Positions 39,640-44,203 of a stretch of DNA of 44,203 nt are shown here, one piece after another; position 1 is the first letter of the stretch; every line of letters starts with the position of its first letter. The DNA comes from Parasitella parasitica NRRL 2501 (taxonomy: Eukaryota > Fungi > Mucoromycota), in contig MU619388.1 in NCBI GenBank assembly GCA_025201805.1, positions 1 through 44,203 on the forward strand, written 5' to 3'. The notes under the pieces are model-generated. The model was not told the origin of the DNA, did no database searches, and saw nothing but the letters and a program-made list of their open reading frames with translations. A program made the position numbers and the translations under genes.

Positions 39640-40451
39640 ACCTTTAATTAGAAGATTTTGTATACTATTCAACCCTCTTATATATAAAACGAAAGAAAAT
39701 CAAGCTCCACTCAAATAAAAATTATGAATGAATGTATAATTACCTTTGGTAATAGTTGATGCTGGTTCTTTTAGGTGGTAAAATGAGGACTATCTGGGCA
39801 GTCGAATCCAAAGCTGCAGAAAGCCTTCGCAAGGTATTATACAACCGCAGCTTTTTGCCGCTTAGACATTTTCGTTATAGAAATAAGTAGGGTTATTGAC
39901 TAGTTCGATGTCGTAGATTAGGCATCTACGCATAATATGGTACGTAAAAGCCATACCTTTTTGAGTGATATAAAGGCAAAGGAGGACACTTTAAGTCTAT
40001 AATTTGTATAAACTAATACCCAAAATGGCAGTTTTGACATTAGTCGAGTAGTATGGACCATTATTTATCAAAACTTAAAAAAAAACTGCACTTATAGGGT
40101 CAACCCCTTCATGCAAAATCAGTAACCTAGTGCATATGCATCAGATAGTAACTGCAAGTACTGCAAACCATTCGGTGTATTATTAAAGTTTTAAATCCGC
40201 CAAAAAAGCAACAATTTAGATAAACAATGGGCCTAAATCGCCCAGCTTTTGCTGTTTCTCCATTCTGCACATGCGTAATATCATTGACTCTCCTCAGTTT
40301 TCCTTTTAATTCTTATCATTGAATATGATCCAACCGAGTCTCATATATCGCTTTATTAGTCAATACAACCAATTCTGTGGATCATTTTCTGTTGAATGGT
40401 CCAACGTGTTTTGATGTTTGAGAACAATGTTTTAAACCAACCCAATTCAAG

Positions 40452-41745
40452 TCATTTCAACGCAGCAAAATTTCCACTATTACCTTGTTGATTCAATAAA
40501 GTTTGTTTTTGAGCCTCATTAGATGCCAAACGAAACAAGTTAATAACGCCTTTCAGCTTCATATAGCTGACACAGAATGCTTGTATTTCGATGAAATAGT
40601 CCGTCATTGGGATGATATTCTTCTCCACAAGCGATTGCACAAATCTGACAACCTACATATCACATGGTTCGCATTAAAAAAAACAAGGCAAACCACCGCA
40701 CGATATACTACCTGTTTTACTTGTCGATCTCTTTTGAGCCCCTCCTCTGTCTCGTCACAAGATTGAATGCTCTTCGATATGTAATAGTGGAGGAATTCGT
40801 TTGAAATTGGTATACTGTTTACTAAAATATGGTGAATTACTTCCAAAGAATTGATAGTAACAGGCGCTTTTAGCAGCGCATGTAAATACAGATTAACAGA
40901 GGGCGATCTTAGCAATAAAGGTACAACATTCAGCGCAAGAAATTGATTCAAGTTGACCAAGTTGGGTAACTGCTGTGGCGTGATGCAAGTTGTTAATGGA
41001 TAATCCAATAGTTTTTCGTTTCGAAGCGTCTATTAACACCGTGGTTATATTCACTGATCCAGAGATTTTGCGTGGATGTTTACCTCATTTTCGGCTAATG
41101 ACAATGTCCGATAACACGCATCTGATAGCAGTTGTTTTGTATGATCATTCAATATCACGATATCACTAAAATTGGTGGGCAAATTCAGCATGGAACTATC
41201 GTACGAGGACAGACACACTTACGGATCATCAATCAGATGGGCTACTTTCAATCGCAGTAAATCTATCAGTTTTTGATTCTTTTGGATTACTGGTAGTTTG
41301 CTGTTTGGTTCATTATATACTTCCTGTGGTGATGCATGATCAACCTATTTGTAGCCAATATGAGCAAGCTGTCATGGATGGCACGAATACGGCTTACACG
41401 GGATAATGTTTCTTCTAAAATACAATATACAAAATGCTGTTCAACAGATAGGGACGGCAGATCTTCCAAAAGTTGCAAAAAGAATGTCAAGAAAGGATTT
41501 TTCTCCAAAGGTACGGTTGCATAGCAACTGTATAATATATATAATATAGCTAATCTTGCAGAGGGTGCCTGATCAGACATGATTCAGTGGATTATCTCAA
41601 ATACATGCTTTAAATATGTTACTTTGGTGGTTTCAAAATTCAAAAAAAGCACGCAAGCCGCTGTAAAACAATCTTGCTGGCTTAACTCTTGTTTTGATAG
41701 AAAATTAGAGTATATTTGAGAGAATGTTTCTGTTTTTTCTGCCAT
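40452..41745 (-). CDS. CNOT11: CCR4-NOT complex subunit CNOT11 (C2orf29)-like
   Basis: Motifs RLAILYILY...NPFLTFF, PQQLPNLVNLN, VTINSLEVI, EFLHYYISKSIQSC, VRFVQSLVEKNII and FIEIQAFC...LFRL. Multi-exon; the start may be 41745 or 41757. Confidence 0.8.
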
Positions 41746-41866
41746 AATAATGTACATAAAATAAGAGAAGTACGGATAAAGTATTTCCTGTTGGGGTTTG
41801 GGACGTTTTAAATTTTTGGGAAATTCTGCAATACATTTCTAGACGTCATTTAGTTTTTTAGAGATG

Positions 41867-42610
41867 ATCAGTTGGTTAAATATAGACCATGCGTTAATTT
41901 CGTACTAAATGAACTACATAAAATGCAATCCGGAAACTTAACCTTTGTTGGGAGTACCTTATGAGATGGAAGTCGACAACTATGGAGTTAATTTAGGTAA
42001 CTTGAATAATTTAGTTCATTTTGAATCTTTAAATAAAGACTAGATCGAACCTCAGCTGATGGAAGAATTGCTTGAAGAAATCACAGTTGACATGAGTAAT
42101 GTCAAACTCAGTACGAGAAAATGTAAAAAGTGTGGAACAAATCAAATTGAAAGATTCATCAAGATGCTCCAAGAAGAGGGATGATCTGCCTTAAAGCTGA
42201 TGCAGAATGTGGCATTCCTCGTTCAAGCGCTTACAGAATGTTGGATGAGTTAAATACTGGCCACGGACTCGTACTTTCAGGCACGGCAGTCAAATCAAAA
42301 TACTTTTCTAGGAGCATACTGCATTCTCGATAGCTTCTTTTGATGAAAGCCCATTAGTCGTTTTTGAAGGAGTTGGATCGCAGTTCTTAAGCAGCTTTCC
42401 AGAAATAGGTGGTATTGCTAGTTCAAGCCTTCACACTCATATTCAAGAGAAATGTTTTATAAGTCTGAAAAAAGCAACCAAATATACTGCTGAAAGGTCT
42501 TTAGATCTTTATCAACATATAATAAAAGAGTGAAACCCAGTTGGTGTTGATTTCTTGAAAAATTGTGCGATGAGAAGTCAAGCTTGTTCGAGGGTTGGTG
42601 CTATGGCTAT
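41867..42610 (+). mobile_element. Degenerate Tc1/mariner-IS630-like transposon, left end plus HTH region
   Basis: Begins ATCAGTTGGTTAAATATAGACCAT. Broken translation QIERFIKMLQEEG..AECGIPRSSAYRML (HTH), EHTAFSIASFDESP, SLHTHIQEKCFISLKKATKY and VGVDFLKNC. Truncated before the DDE core. Confidence 0.75.
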
Positions 42611-42900
42611 TCAACTATTGCGCTAGTGTGTATGATCGTTATAATGTATCGCCAGTAGTGCTTGCCTCTGTAGTTGAAAAGTTCTTCAATACGGCATTTG
42701 AGAAAAAACTTTGTCAAGAAAGCAAACACACTCCATATATTCTAGAAACTCGGGGCGAAGTCCATTAATTTCGTTTCAATCAAGTCAATGGAAGATTATA
42801 TTTAAGATCCCATGAATCCATTTGTGGCACCTGCCTATTTTACCAAATTACAAGCACAAAACTTGAAATTGCTAACGTTTGTTGCTGACTTGAAAGTTCG
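42610..42900 (+). pseudogene. Fragment of a Mucorales repetitive PD-(D/E)XK-nuclease-like ORF
   Basis: Translation YCASVYDRYNVSPVVLASVVEKF...PYILET...DPMNPFVA..YFT resembles a multicopy Mucorales ORF family. Recognised from memory; frameshifted. Confidence 0.4.
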
Positions 42901-43582
42901 GTACGCTGTACTCTATCTGCCAAAAAAAAATAGTCGAACTACAAGATGAAGGTCCTATTCTGATGCTGGAAAAGAGCCAAAAAGTTTCTAGATATCACTC
43001 AAGGCCAGTGTAATGATTCACATCACATGATGTCTCATTTTACAGGAAACTGTGGAAGCGGTATAAATTGTTATATGATTCACGGAAAAAATTAGATAAA
43101 AAAACAATAAATGTCAACTTGATAAAGATATCGGTTTTATCATCAAATCGACAGGTGTATAAGCTCTAATTCATCTACTGATCAGGTGTATAAACCTTTA
43201 TAGTATTCTTAAGCTATGCATAGATGCTCTACTACGGTATTATGATTTGGCGTGTACAACAATTCCGATTAATTAGCCTCTTTATTTTCGTGGTAAACGA
43301 CATCTCAGCAGATTATAGATAACTTAGATCTACTGTATCTGAGTATGTAGATAGACTTTAGCCAAGCTACCCTGATCAATCTTCGAAGATTAATAATATC
43401 GATTCAGGGTGAGTGTATATATATATAAAGCTTATATAGTCTATATTGTTAATATACGTCTTAGTATATGTCACTTGGTATTCATCTTAGCATATATCTG
43501 TATAGTAGCATGTCTATAGCATTGCACATATTTACAGGTTTGTAGTACATAATTTATTTGTAGCTAGCTAGTATCATGGATA

Positions 43583-44198
43583 TTTTCAAACTTATAAAAT
43601 ATTTCTCTCGAATACGAAAGTGAAGGCTTGAGTTAGCAATACCATCTATTTCCAGAAAGCTTAATAACGGCGATCTGACTTCTTTAAGAACAACTGATGG
43701 ATTTTCATCAAAAGAAGCAACCAAGAATTCAGTATGCTTCTAGAAATTTTTAGGCTTGGTAGTTTTTGATTTGACTGTCGTGCCTGAACGCAAGTGCCCG
43801 CCGCCACTAATAAACTCATCCAACATTCTGTAAGCGCTTAAACGAGGAATGCCACATTCTGCTGCAGCTTCAGGAGCAAATAATTTATTTTCTTGGAACA
43901 TCATGATGAATTGCTCAATCTAATCTGCTCCATCCTTTTTATATTTTCTCGTACTGAGTTTGACATTACTCATGTCAACTGTGATGTCTTCAAGTAAGTC
44001 TTCCATCAGCTGAGGTTCGATCTAATCTTTATTTAAAGATTCAAAATGAACCAAATTATTCAACCTACCGAAACCAACCTCATAATTGTCGACTTCCATC
44101 TCATAAGGTACTCCCAACAAAGGTTAAGTTTCTGGATTGCATTTTATGTGGTCCATTTAGTACATAATTAAGATATGGTCTATATTTAACCCACTGAT
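43583..44198 (-). mobile_element. Second degenerate copy of the same Tc1/IS630-like left end, inverted
   Basis: The reverse complement aligns colinearly with 41867-42472 (e.g. gaaacttaacctttgttgggagtaccttatgagatggaagtcgacaa is identical). It carries different stops and indels. Confidence 0.85.
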
Positions 44199-44203
44199 TA
44201 TAT

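Overview
AT-rich, intron-containing fungal genomic DNA, most consistent with a Mucorales (Mucoromycota) species. There are two assembly gaps (21437-21786, 26342-26372). Thirteen protein-coding genes are supported: a Sel1-repeat protein, an Spt23/Mga2-like IPT-ankyrin factor, a cytosolic-type aspartate aminotransferase, a Pcl5-like cyclin, dihydroxyacetone kinase, an Rds2/AcuM-like Zn2Cys6 factor, a coiled-coil hypothetical protein, eIF3j, an Opi1-family protein, a large ankyrin/C2-like/PH (Bud4/anillin-like) protein, a GT8-like+GT64 glycosyltransferase fusion, Tom70 and CNOT11. Intergenic DNA carries transposon debris that the ORF track largely misses. This includes relics of two different Fanzor (eukaryotic TnpB-like RNA-guided nuclease) families, each with a candidate omega-RNA region, an inverted pair of Tc1/IS630-like left ends, and a ~480 bp direct repeat. 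The most notable signals are the Fanzor relics, an aminotransferase 5' end with staggered in-frame starts (possible mitochondrial / PTS2-peroxisomal / cytosolic isoforms), a GT8(degenerate)-GT64 fusion, a 4-nt micro-exon and a structured intron. All family assignments come from motif recognition by eye; no searches were run.
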